A DNA stretch of 61,031 nucleotides, filler included, from Circinaria calcarea (Eukaryota): assembly GCA_051942165.1 (NCBI GenBank). It is 8 parts of 8 records of this genome, joined end to end, with 100 filler letters (N's around TTAATTAATTAA, not from the genome) between each part and the next. Parts side by side here need not be neighbours in the genome. Positions count along the whole stretch, not along the records: positions 30,610 to 38,145 come from JAVECS010001302.1; positions 38,246 to 45,774 come from JAVECS010001303.1; positions 45,875 to 53,403 come from JAVECS010001304.1; 5 more parts are not named here. One strand, given 5' to 3'. This document shows, in pieces, positions 36,456-47,444 of the stretch. Under the pieces are notes generated by a model that ran no database searches, had not been told where the DNA came from, and saw nothing but the letters and a program-made list of their open reading frames with translations. Both the position numbers and the translations under genes were made by a program. The stretch's first letter is position 1. The number at the start of each line of letters is the position of its first letter.

Positions 36456-37715
36456 ATGGATAAGTTGCAAGCCTTCGGCAAGAATATCACGTATGCTATC
36501 TTTTACTCCGCACCGCAAAAGGAGGCAATCATAATACTAACCGGCTTCTTTGCCGTAGAGGTTCTTTTTCTCCTTTCGCCGCACGTACACAGCAATACGT
36601 CAAGGAGCAATTTGGCCAAGCCGATGACAAGGTCTCCCAGCCAGATCTATACGCAGATCATTACTACAGTACGCCTCACTGACATTAAAATCGCTACTAG
36701 ACCCAACTTCCACCCGACTACATAGAGCTGGAGAAGCGTGTAGATGCGTTGAAGGCAGTTCATCAGAAGCTATTGCAGGTCACGTATGCTAGGATCTCTC
36801 ACAGCCATCGCTGGCTTTACCACTAACCGGAGCAATAGCTCTTCGTATTCCAATGAAGCATACGATTATCCCCAAAATATTCGCGAATCTTTCAACGACC
36901 TCGGCCGTACAATCTCGGAAAAGGTTCACTTGTTATCAAGCGCAGGCTCACCTGCCGAAGCCCAAGCAGCCTTGACCGCCCCTCCTTCCGCCAAACCCCA
37001 GCCCAAGACCTTTAACCATGCCATTGCTCGCGCTTCACTTGCCGGCTCCCAGGTCCTCAATCAGTCTCAGGTTGGCGCCGGTGAAGATCCGCTAGCTACG
37101 GCTCTGGAGAAATACGCCATCGCGGAAGAAAAGGTCGGAGAAGCGAGATTGGCCCAGGATGCGCAGATCCAGAGCCGATTCTTGACAGGATGGTCTACAA
37201 CGCTCAATACCAACATCATGTTCGCGACGAGGGCCAGGAGAGCGGTGGAGAATGCTAGGTTGGTTCTGGATGCGACCAAGGCGAAGTCGAAGATTGTGGG
37301 GAGGGGGATGAATCCGGACGATGAGCAGATAGATGAGTCGGTGAGAGCAGATATCGAACATAAAGAAGATGAGTTTGTCAACCAGACGGAAGAGGCTGTG
37401 GAAGTAATGAAGAATGTATGTTCCTTATACCCGCACATTACCAAGGGACATGTTAATTAATTAAATTAGGTCCTCGATACCCCAGAACCGCTTCGAAATC
37501 TCGCAGATTTGATCGCCGCTCAGCTAGAGTTCCACAAGAAAGCGTACGAGATCCTGAGCGAACTGGCCCCGGTTGTGGATGGCCTGCAAGTTGAACAGGA
37601 GGTACGTCTCCATGAGGACTACAATCCCTGATTTGGTATGGCATGATTGTTAGCCATTAGCTGACCTCGAGGATCGCGACAGGCGAGCTATCGAAAGAGC
37701 CGCGATGGCGCATGA
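36456..37715 (+). CDS. GVP36: BAR-domain protein Gvp36/Bap31-like, 6 exons
   Basis: MDKLQAFGK..FSPFAARTQQYVKEQFGQADDK|TQLPPDYIELEKRVDALK..YSNEAYDYP..PKTFNHAIARA..EDEFVNQTEEAVEVMKN|VLDTPEPLRNLADLIAAQLEFHKKA; all exon junctions are in frame. Confidence 0.9.
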
Positions 37716-38123
37716 GGTATAGATAGGAATTGAATCAATTTTTGTCTATCATGACGACCGCTTGCATTATCGCGTTTTATTCCCTAGCGTGTCAGGTTTG
37801 CCCTTCTGACATTCTCAGTCCCAGATATTCTCGGCAATCACGGAAAGCTTTTGCGGGGGGGGACTATTACAAGCAGTACCTGTCTGGGTGTTTCGGGAAC
37901 TTCACTTTATGTAATACCTGAACTCTTAAATCAAAAATGATTGCCAACCGCTACTGTGGCTCGGCTTCGTTGAATGGAAAGAATCCCCAATGAAGTTCGG
38001 CATGAACAATCCGGTTTCATACTCTTTTCTCCCACAAAACCCAAAGTGCCCCCCCTTTCGCTTCACATTTCCCAATTGTCTCTCATCCTCTCTACCTTCC
38101 CTGCCTGCCCTCTCTTTTTGCCC

Positions 38124-38145
38124 ATCCTCCTCCTCCTCCTCCTCC
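38124..38145. repeat. (CCT)n microsatellite at contig end
   Basis: Visible trinucleotide run abutting the linker. Confidence 0.85.
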
Positions 38146-38245
38146 NNNNNNNNNNNNNNNNNNNNNNNNNNNNNNNNNNNNNNNNNNNNTTAATTAATTA
38201 ANNNNNNNNNNNNNNNNNNNNNNNNNNNNNNNNNNNNNNNNNNNN
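38146..38245. other. Artificial contig linker
   Basis: N44-TTAATTAATTAA-N44. Confidence 0.99.
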
Positions 38246-38246
38246 T

Positions 38247-38899
38247 CTACTCCATGACCACCACTCCCCCAAGCGCCTTCATTGTTTCTATGATTTTCTG
38301 GCACTCCTCTTTCGGTATTCCCTCTTTCATTTGCTTCGGCGCACTCTCCACAAACTTCTTACTGTCCACTAAGCTAAGTCCTAGCATGCTCTTGATCTCC
38401 TTGATTATTTTTGGTTTTGCGGCTGCGTCAAAGGATTTGAGTGTCAAGGTAAATAGTGTCTTCTCTTGGGCTGCTGGAGCAGCTTCTTCCTCCTCGACAG
38501 GAGCTGGTGCAGCAGGCGCCGCGGCTGCAAAGCCACCCATGGGCATGTCTGGTATCTTAAGTCGGGACTAGAGACGTGAATCATTAGTGCTTGAGTCTCA
38601 AAGATGTGAAATCTTGTGAAATCTTGTGAAATCGAATCGTTGCTCTAAAAGTCGAGGGAATTTACCTTGAGGGAGGAGACTAGGTCTGCGGTTTCCAGCA
38701 GTGTCAATTGACTAATCTGATCCACAATACCGGCGACTTTGGGACTGCCGGATGAGGCTGCTGCGGTAGACTGCCATCGTCGCGCCGGCGCTCGTCTCCG
38801 ATGTTGAGCAATAGTTGCGGATGTAGTCAATAAAGGCTTCAGGGATGTCCGTAGACATCGAACACAGCATCGAATAGCAGAGGAGGTTGTCAAAGACAT
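38247..38899 (-). CDS. MNP1: Mitochondrial ribosomal protein bL12m (L7/L12), 2 exons
   Basis: Exons 38899-38666 and 38567-38247: presequence, IVDQISQLTLLETADLVSSLK|SRLKIPD, Ala-rich hinge, EKTLF..KPKIIKEIK..LSLVDSKKFVESAPK. Confidence 0.93.
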
Positions 38900-39228
38900 G
38901 ATCAGATTCAAGAGGGTAGGGAGTCTCGCCGATATTGTAATTGTAGTTCAACTGGATATTGTTCCGAGTTCGACAATATCTATTGAGCTGCACTAGCGCG
39001 ATTCCTAGATTGACAGTTCACAGCAGCCCTGCCATACTGACCTCACATATTGCCAATCCTCCATCTCCGACATGTCTGATTTATACCTATCTGCAGAAGA
39101 AGCAAAGGTGCTTCGTTATGCTACAATTGTTTGGGGCTGCTTGCAATGGTGGGATATCATTGACCGATACGTGATTGGAAGATTCTTAAGAACCTCCGCC
39201 AGTCCTCCCACTCAACCGACTAGAGGCA

Positions 39229-41355
39229 ATGGAGACTCAACACCAAGAGCAGACAATAGGGGAGGCACCAGGGTCCCCTGATCCGAAGAAAGCATTAGAG
39301 CAAGTACTCACGTTGTTGAAAACCAAAGATGATACCCAACGATTCGTCGGCTTGGCACTTCTCAGGGCGATGCTCGATAAAAATACAAATCTACAAAAGG
39401 ACACCGATGTCCTAGCTAGGTGCTGGAATGCTATCCATCCTATCTTTCTAAACCGACTTTTCCGCGCTCGGTCAAGTACTGCAGAGGAGAATGGAGAGGC
39501 TAAAAGCATGTTCGAGCTTGCTGTAGCTGTCGTGCATGCATTTGTAGTACTCCTGCCGCAAGAGAAAATGCGCATTTTATTACCCGAAGCCATGTCAGAG
39601 AGGGTTAAGCAAAGTTGGGTTAAGAGGATAGAGAGTATGGCGGCTGGTTATCCCCAAAGGTAGGTCCTCAAAGAGAGAGTGCCTTTTTGCCCTCCTCGAT
39701 AACCGACCGCCTCTGATCATTACTGGCAGCCCCCCTGACACACGGTTGCAAATAGTGCAAACTCTCTACACTTTCACCTGTACAATCGAAGGGGCGTGCT
39801 TGTTTGTTGAAGTACAAGATTGGGCACAGTTGCTGAATCAAGCCCCACAAGAACGCTTAATACGAGAAATATTCGCAAATACCTATCATATCTTAGGAAA
39901 GGCAGGAGCACAAGGAGCCTCTATACCCGCCATGATAGTCTTACGATCCTTAGACCGAAATCTCGATATCCTAGTGCATGCTTTCGAGAATGCTGCTACA
40001 CCAGAGGTCTTCTTCGCTCTAGTTACTGGCATCCTCGTAACACTACCTCCTGAAGTGAATACATCACCATCTTGCATCACCCCGAGTACCTGAGCTGATC
40101 TCTCTTGCAGTGTCATCCAACCTCCATAACATGGGTGAAGGGGATCACTGAGCAAATGCACCAAAGTATTGTTCTTCGCCGCCCTGGTCCGGCCGGTAAG
40201 ACGTTGCGCGAAGCGGTCGTCTTGTTGGCTGCTGCTCTACTGCGTGTCTATCCTACAAAATTTCCTTCGTTACTTTTCAATCCGCCTGTCCATCAAGACA
40301 ACCCCGGTGAACCAAAGCCCTTATCGTACCTATTCATTAAGCTTATTTTGGTTGATATCCGAGCGACAATTCCTTCGTTACTCGAGCTACTTCATTCTCC
40401 GGATTATTGGATAACTTCGTCACGGCTGGCGGCATCATATGACATAATGTCTTGTTTCATCGGCTTTCTTGTGCAAAGTTTGGAGGAGTATAACAATGAG
40501 GAGAGTTTGGAACATGACACGCAAAACACACAAAGATCATCGCTGCTCCCACCGGATCTACTGTTGCAATTACGTGTCGACATCTCGCAGGCCATGTCTC
40601 TTACAGTCGAATATCTACGGGACCGATATGACGCTTCTGTAGGTGGGGCTGCAGGTTTGCACCCATTAGGTCGCGCAGAACCACCAATGGGGACCGGTAC
40701 ACCAGCCGCAATCGCGTGGGAAACTTCAGAAGGTATGACGAGAGATCCGCTTACCTTATCACAAGTTAGAGCATTTGCATTGTGGATCCGCGACGATGAA
40801 GGGGAGGCTCTTCGTCAGGAAGCCGCAGGTATCATGGATGTCTTGCTCAGTATATTTGGCACGGAAGACAACTCAGAACTTGCCTACCCCATTGCTATAG
40901 CGCTTGAAGGAATATGCGCTACCTCAGAAGGACTTCACGCATTTCTCTCGGAAAACGGCTGGGACATACTGACAATGGACTTGCGCCGAATTGTATCTCC
41001 GAGGAAAAACGCACTGGCCGATCAGCACGGCATGCAGATCGTCCGAGTCCTTTTGGGCATCCTCGATTCCGATGAGATAGGACCAACTAAGGGAAACTGG
41101 ATGCCCACGCTTGAGATCATCGCTTCCATGGATATTGCCGATCTCTCCCACGCAGAATTCATGCTCGCTTTGTTGGATTTGGGATACGAGTTGCTGGCGA
41201 AGGCTCCGCCGGGACTCAGACGGAGGTATGAGAAGGAGGCGGAAAGTGTGCTCCTTAAGGCAAAGGGGCTTTTTGACAGGGCGGATGGTGGGGATATGAA
41301 GGAGAAAATTAGGGAGGTGATGGTGGCGTTGACGACGGTGGTGCCGCTGCCGTAG
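39229..41355 (+). CDS. Neurochondrin-family (DUF1941) ARM-repeat protein, 3 exons
   Basis: Exons 39229-39659, 39730-40054 and 40111-41355 are in frame. N-terminal LLKTKDDTQRFVGLALL; LILVDIRATIPSLLELL; EYLRDRYD; ALWIRDD. Confidence 0.82.
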
Positions 41356-42161
41356 GAGCCTGGCTTTTGCTTGGGGGTTTTTTCTTGGGTGGTTGCTGGA
41401 AAGGGCCTGTGCGAGGATTTCTATGCTGGCAGGTATGGTCTGGAGGTAATTACTACCGAATTGGGGTTCTGCCAGGTCGAAGGCGTGATATGTATACATC
41501 TTCCCTCCTGGCAGTCTCCCGCTCAACAAATTATATTGTGTAATGTTCCAGCGTATTCACTCTCAGAGCCAATCCCCCCTTTCCAATAAGCTCATATGCC
41601 GGACCTAGATACCCCACGATTTCCAAGGTTTATGTTCGCTGTTGTTGTTTGAAAAGCTCAGAGACAAGCCTGTCATCCCTAGGTACAAGCGGAATACTGT
41701 ACAGTAGGTATATACTATGGCACGACACGACACGACGACGACAAATTTCCACACAAAAAGCTCAAGTTCCATCCTATCACCCATCACATCACATCACATC
41801 CTTTATCAGAGAAACTTCCCCGTTTCCAAAAAGGTATAATACAAATTCCTAGGTACTCCTACTAACCCCTATCATTACGAATAAATTCAATGCACGTGCC
41901 CTATCTGCATCAGCAATGCAGAGAGAGAGCCGCCCGTTTGGACCATTAAACACTAGTGTTCTATAAGGAATGACGTACTTTCACATGCACCGACGGCAAA
42001 TCAGGTTAGACTAACATACTGATAAAATATACCAGTAGGGCAATAAACTTCGCGTAATTTTTTAAACATCTACACTCTTCAACTCTCATGCCCAAGTCAT
42101 CGTCGAACGCATGACATTGAACAACCATACAACATAAGTCAGTACAATTGAATCTGCGGCT

Positions 42162-43451
42162 ATGTCGAAACCAGAAGCCATGCGAGCATGCCAAACTACC
42201 CCTCCGGACAAGATCCGGGCTTCCCCCACGCTTCCTTTGACCAATGGGAAAAGCCTACTTCCAATAACACCCGAGAATGAGGCCATTCAAAAAGTTCTAC
42301 AAATTTTCAAGAAACATCGTCAAGGTACCTTGAAAACTCAAGACACGATATCGTTGCCATTATCATTCTCAGATTACAATGAATTATGGAAACAACTAGA
42401 GGCCGATTCTTCTCTCCAAAGTTACGTGAGAGACAAAGTCAGGTAACTTTCGCAATCTTCATAAATATTAAGCCCTTTGACTAAACTATGCAGACATAGT
42501 TACAATCCGATATCAGCATTATTACATATCAAAATGCCTGCAGAACCACACGAGTACTTCGGCCGGGAACTATCACAAATTATTAGGAAAGGTTTGGAAA
42601 TGATTCGCAGCGGTACAGATACAGCCGCCGAGTACGCTCAGGTAATCCGCGAAAACAGCCATACTACTATCGATCTTCAACTCTACGGGAACAGCTTTCA
42701 GAGATCGCCTGATGGGTCGTTCCGACACATTAAGGCTCGATTTCCAGGTGTGATAATCGAAGTAGCATATTCACAAACCCGAAAAGAGGTAGAAACCAAG
42801 GTGAAGTCCTATATCGCAGGCTCTAAAGGAGCTATTCGAATAGTTCTTATAGTTGATTTGGATTATCCTCGGTTGTCGAAGGCATCGATTAGTATTTGGC
42901 AAGTACGTTACGAAAAAAAGCCTGGTACGGAGATTTTCCAGGTGGAGACTGATCTTATTCGGAATGAAAAGGTTGGAGTTATTTACATATTCACATACAC
43001 AAGCTAAATTTGATAGATCAATCAAGAGATAGACGAACATACCACTGATTATCCTCAAGATCTCATCATCCCACTGGATAATTTTGGCCCGCCGCATTTA
43101 GCAGCAGGTTTTGACAAAGAGCCTAGACCCAAAATTACCATCAAGATGGTCGATTTGGCTCGATATTTTCGGGACTGGAAAACAGCTCCAGCTTCTAGCA
43201 CCGGTGATAGTTTACGTTTCGAGACGGAATGTTCACCTCCACCAATCGTACAGGAACAGCCTCTCACACCAGAACGCGAGGGCAGGTTTAGGTCGTTAGA
43301 GGACCGTGACGAGGAAAGATCCTACAATCAAGACACTGCCTTTAAAGAACCTTGCCGCAAGCGCCAGAGGTCGAGCAGCGGCAACGACACGCCAACCTTG
43401 TCACCGAGAAAGTTAAGGGGAAAGGCCCCAAGATCCGCGGATAAGCACTAG
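42162..43451 (+). CDS. PD-(D/E)XK restriction-endonuclease-fold protein (Uma2/CR-REase-like), 3 exons, ~397 aa
   Basis: Exons 42162-42442, 42494-42971 and 43017-43451 join in frame. Motifs IKMPAEPHE, RSPDGSF and FPGVIIEVAYSQ; basic NLS-like tail RKRQR..PRKLRGK. Confidence 0.75.
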
Positions 43452-43938
43452 GAGGTGAGGGTGAACGTTTCGTCGAGGATATGGATTTCTCCTGGAGCGG
43501 TGGGGGTTTTCGGAGGTTCTGTCGCACCCTTGGAGACTGTGTCCAAACCAGGGCCGGCCCTGGGAGCGCGTTGATTGCATCAAGTATGTCATCAGGGTGG
43601 CGTGGGTGCAAGGCATGCACTCGAGGCGTTTGATTAGTGTGCCAAGGGACGTCCAGTGAGCTTGGTGTCGGATGCCTGCGGGCATGCGAATGGGTAGCAC
43701 TGCTAGTAGTACTGTATAAAGTCTTGACACCCTCTGGTATAATGACAATGAGTGATGTTCCCACTAGTACACCCATCCCAAGGGTTGAGATGATTCGGAG
43801 TCGCGATTGGGATAGAGCAAAGGAGAGTGGTAGGGATCCGGCAAGAAAGGAGTTGCGGCGTACGCTGTCAGTTTCATAACGGTCCCAGAGGCCTATTGGT
43901 ATATCAAAAGGAGAGCAGCATAAAAGGCCGTCCAACAT
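43452..43938 (-). pseudogene. ATX2: Truncated ZIP9/Atx2-type metal transporter remnant (5' part only)
   Basis: MLDGL.. start, then SFLAGSLPLSFALSQSRLRIISTLGMGVLVGTSLIVIIPEGVKTLYS (TM1-2 of ZIP9/Atx2). First exon damaged, intron acceptor apparently CAG>CAA, and the HAAADG/HKAPAA core is absent. Confidence 0.75.
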
Positions 43939-44260
43939 CTTGACTAGGTATGCGCCCTCACTTGCCTCGAGCCTCAACGGAATCTACATGATACTCTAAC
44001 CATGCCTTTCGTACCCTCAACCGAACTTCAACTAAAATAGATCTTGAGAGGGTACCGAATCGGACATGACCAATGCATTAAACCCTAAAGAAAGGTGCCT
44101 TCGGAGTGGTGGCTTTGGCGGTCCCTGTTCAGCCCTATCGGCAACCTGTCATGACTGACTTCGCGCCAAGAGATGTGAAACGCGATCGCGACTACGGCAT
44201 GTGAGTGGGGAATCAAGCGCTGACGGTATCCAAAGCCATAGCTACACATCTCCTCACAAA

Positions 44261-45774
44261 ATGGCAGACAATGATGAATGTACGTATGAAGATTTCTTTT
44301 ACCCGCACGCATTACTGACGACAACCTAGGGTCAAGTGATGCCAACAAAGCAGTTCAAATTTCTCTCATTCAACCCGGCCCAGAAACACTCAAGACGCTG
44401 TCCAGCTTTCACCCTCGATTCACGTATCCAATCTTCGGTGAGGAAGAAAGAATATTTGGATACCAGGGTTTGCGCATAAATCTGCGCTTTGCTGCGCATG
44501 ACTTGTATCCAAACGTTGGGGTGAGCTATGATTCAAAGTTCAAGACCGTTGGGGAAACAAAGGCCACAAACATTGAGGAGACGCTGAAAGAATGGCTACC
44601 AGCTTGTGAGTCGCAAATTGGCCTCATACATTAGTGAAGCCTAATAAGGACCCAATTCAGATGCTTTCGACAGACTGTCGAACTTCAAATCTAGACTACA
44701 GAATGATGCATCAGCAAAGCTATTCCAACCACCGGGAAAACTCGTCAAAAGCTACAAAAGAGTTACTCGGGAGTACGAGATATGGTGCGGAGAGTTAACC
44801 GATCCAGCTGTACAACTTCTCCTGGAGCGTATGCAAATCTTCGTTTCCTTCTTCATTGAAGCAGGGACTCCGTTAGCCCTCGATGACCAGGAATGGACAC
44901 TAGCTCGATGGCGGGTTTTCTTTGTGTAAGCTATTTTGAAGTCATGCTCATCTGGCGGTTTCTAACGGTCATGTGCAGGTATGAGAAGCTTTCGAATCCG
45001 CCGACGCCTACTGCCTCTCAATACTCAATTGTCGGCTACTCGACTTCCTACCGCTTTCTCACGTACCAAGAAAAGTCCAGCCCTTTCAAGAAGCCCAAAC
45101 AGACATTCATCCTGCCATCACAATCTCCCATCTCCGTGGCGTCCATGCCGTCCCGCGCCCGGATCTCTCAGTTCTTGATCCTTCCCCCACACCAATCTCA
45201 CTCTCACGGCACCCATCTCTATAATACCATGGTCGACACGTTCCTCGCAGACCCAGCCTGTACAGAAATCACCGTCGAAGACCCCAGCGAGGCATTTGAT
45301 GACCTCCGCGATTATTGCGATCATGCCCGATTACTCAAGGACGGCACGTTAGCACAAATTAAACTAGAAACTACTCTCGATTCTAAAATGACAGCCAAAA
45401 AGATTGGTGTCCGCGTACCCTCGTCCAAACTCCTAAACAAGCCTCTCCTCGAAACTCTCCGCCGCAAGCACAAACTCGCCCCTCGACAATTCGATCGCTT
45501 GGTCGAAATCCACCTCCTCTCCCAGATCCCAAAGCACATTCGCAACGCTGGTACCGTCCGCCTGACGCAAAGAGGTCGAGCTTCAGACCCTCATGATCGC
45601 GCGTACTACTACTGGCGACTCCTGGTGAAGCAGCGCATTTACAAGAAGAACAAGGATGTACTCATGCAGTTGGACCGGTTGGAGAGGATCGATAAAGTGG
45701 AGGAGGCACTGGGGGAACAGCAGGGCGAGTATGAGCGGTTACTGAGGGGGATGGCGGGCAGGGAAAGTGAGGGC
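44261..45774 (+). CDS. HAT1: Histone acetyltransferase type B catalytic subunit, 3' end cut by contig edge
   Basis: MADNDEW|SSDANKAVQISL..FHPRFTYPIFGEEERIFGYQGL..FFIEAGTP..RARISQFLILPPHQ..EITVEDPSEAFDDLRD; three introns. Confidence 0.94.
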
Positions 45775-45874
45775 NNNNNNNNNNNNNNNNNNNNNNNNNN
45801 NNNNNNNNNNNNNNNNNNTTAATTAATTAANNNNNNNNNNNNNNNNNNNNNNNNNNNNNNNNNNNNNNNNNNNN
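45775..45874. other. Artificial contig linker
   Basis: N44-TTAATTAATTAA-N44. Confidence 0.99.
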
Positions 45875-47444
45875 TTCGCCGTTTCTGGATAAATAAAGTA
45901 CACTGTGTTTCATCAGCACTCGCACGAGATTTGGGCAGGATCGGTTTTCTTACCAAGAACGAAACTGACAGCACAGAAGAACGCATGTACAAGGTATAAG
46001 CGCCATTTGATCCACTCTTGAAGGATCGGAGTGAGTTCGCCGACAAGCCAGTTGAACGCCCAGTTAGATGCTGTACTGAGACTTGTGCCCTTGGCTCGAA
46101 TACTTAGAGGCAAAATCTCTGGAGGATAGAGCCAGGGAATAGGACCCCAAGAAGCACCAAAGGAGGCGTTGTAAATCATCACAAAAATCACAACCAACGT
46201 AGGCGTGTAATGTATGTCAATGAAAAGAAAATATGATATCAAAGAAAGCGAGATTATCATAGCCACAGCTCCAGAGAGGAGGATGACTCTGCGGCCCCAT
46301 CGGTCCACAAGATACCATGGTGGAATGGTAGCAAGGAGGTAGGTAATGCCGTTGATTCCAGTCATTAGGATTGCCTTTCGGCCAACCCAACCAGCGGATT
46401 CGAAGACGAGCGGTGCATAATATGATATGACGTTTATCCCGTTGAGCTGCGCGAGCGCCTGGGCGGACATGGCGATGAAGACCCGCTTATAGTACTTCCT
46501 GAACATGTCCGCGTAAGACCTTTCACCTTCTTGTCGTTGCAGCAGGACGTTCATCTTGATTTCACGGTACTCTTGTCTAGCCTTATCGTTGTGTATATCG
46601 CCACCACCGTATAGGTTTGCAATCACAACAATGCCTTCTTCATCGTGGTCGTTGTCGAGTAACCATCTACATTATGTCAGTCGATTTTAGCCAAGGCCTG
46701 GGTGGAGAGCCAGTCGAACCTAGGTGACTCGCAGATAATCAAACTGCCGAGTCCAAGCAAGAGCCCCATGAAGCACTGTAAGGCTAGCGGAACACGCCAA
46801 GAATAGTCATTGAGTATATAGCTGCAAAAGTAATCAACCCATACGCTGGCAGCATATCCACTGACATTACCCGTGAACTCGATACAGGCGAGTTTTCCTC
46901 TATTATGTGGTGGGGATATCTCGGACTGGTATATGGGAACGATTGTTGATAGGGCGCCAACCCCCAGACCAGCAACGATTCGCCCAATTATCATCATAGG
47001 CATACTGGTGGCAAATGTCTGCAAAGCTCCACCAATGAAGAAGATGATTGAACCATAAAGAATCGTTCTTCGCCGGCCAATCATGTCTCCTATGCGGCCG
47101 ACTGACAGAGAAGAGATAAAGGCGCCGACTTCAAGGATTGCTACCATCGTCCCAATCTCAGCTCGTGTCGGTTGGTGGAAGTAGTCCTTGAAGTAAGGCC
47201 CGCTGAAGTGTAATAATTTAGCAAGGGTTACCGTGAAGATTGGCGTGACCAGCATACGTGATTATCCCTGACATGACCCCCTGGTCGTATCCAAAGAGAA
47301 ACACCCCTAACGACACAAAGACACTGGTGAAGTATCTGTGGGCTGTCAGTACCTTCCTCCGAGAAGACCGTGTATGATGATGGCATACAGGAGAGGTTTT
47401 CCGGTTAAGCCATGTGTCTGGCTCGAATGCCTATCTCCCGTCAT
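45875..47444 (-). CDS. MFS sugar porter; 3' end cut, true 5' start uncertain
   Basis: GKPLL|YFTSVFVSLGVFLFGYDQGVMSG, DMIGRR, GRIVAGLGVG, PIYQSEISPPHNRG, ESPRWL, AQLNGINVISYY, DRWGRR, WGPIPWLYPPEI, YPET. First in-frame ATG is at 47444. Confidence 0.93.

Noticed and set aside
37453..37464. A TTAATTAATTAA without flanking Ns inside GVP36
   Set aside because: It lies in the branch-point region of a normal intron (37416-37469) whose flanking exons join in frame; most likely a natural coincidence.
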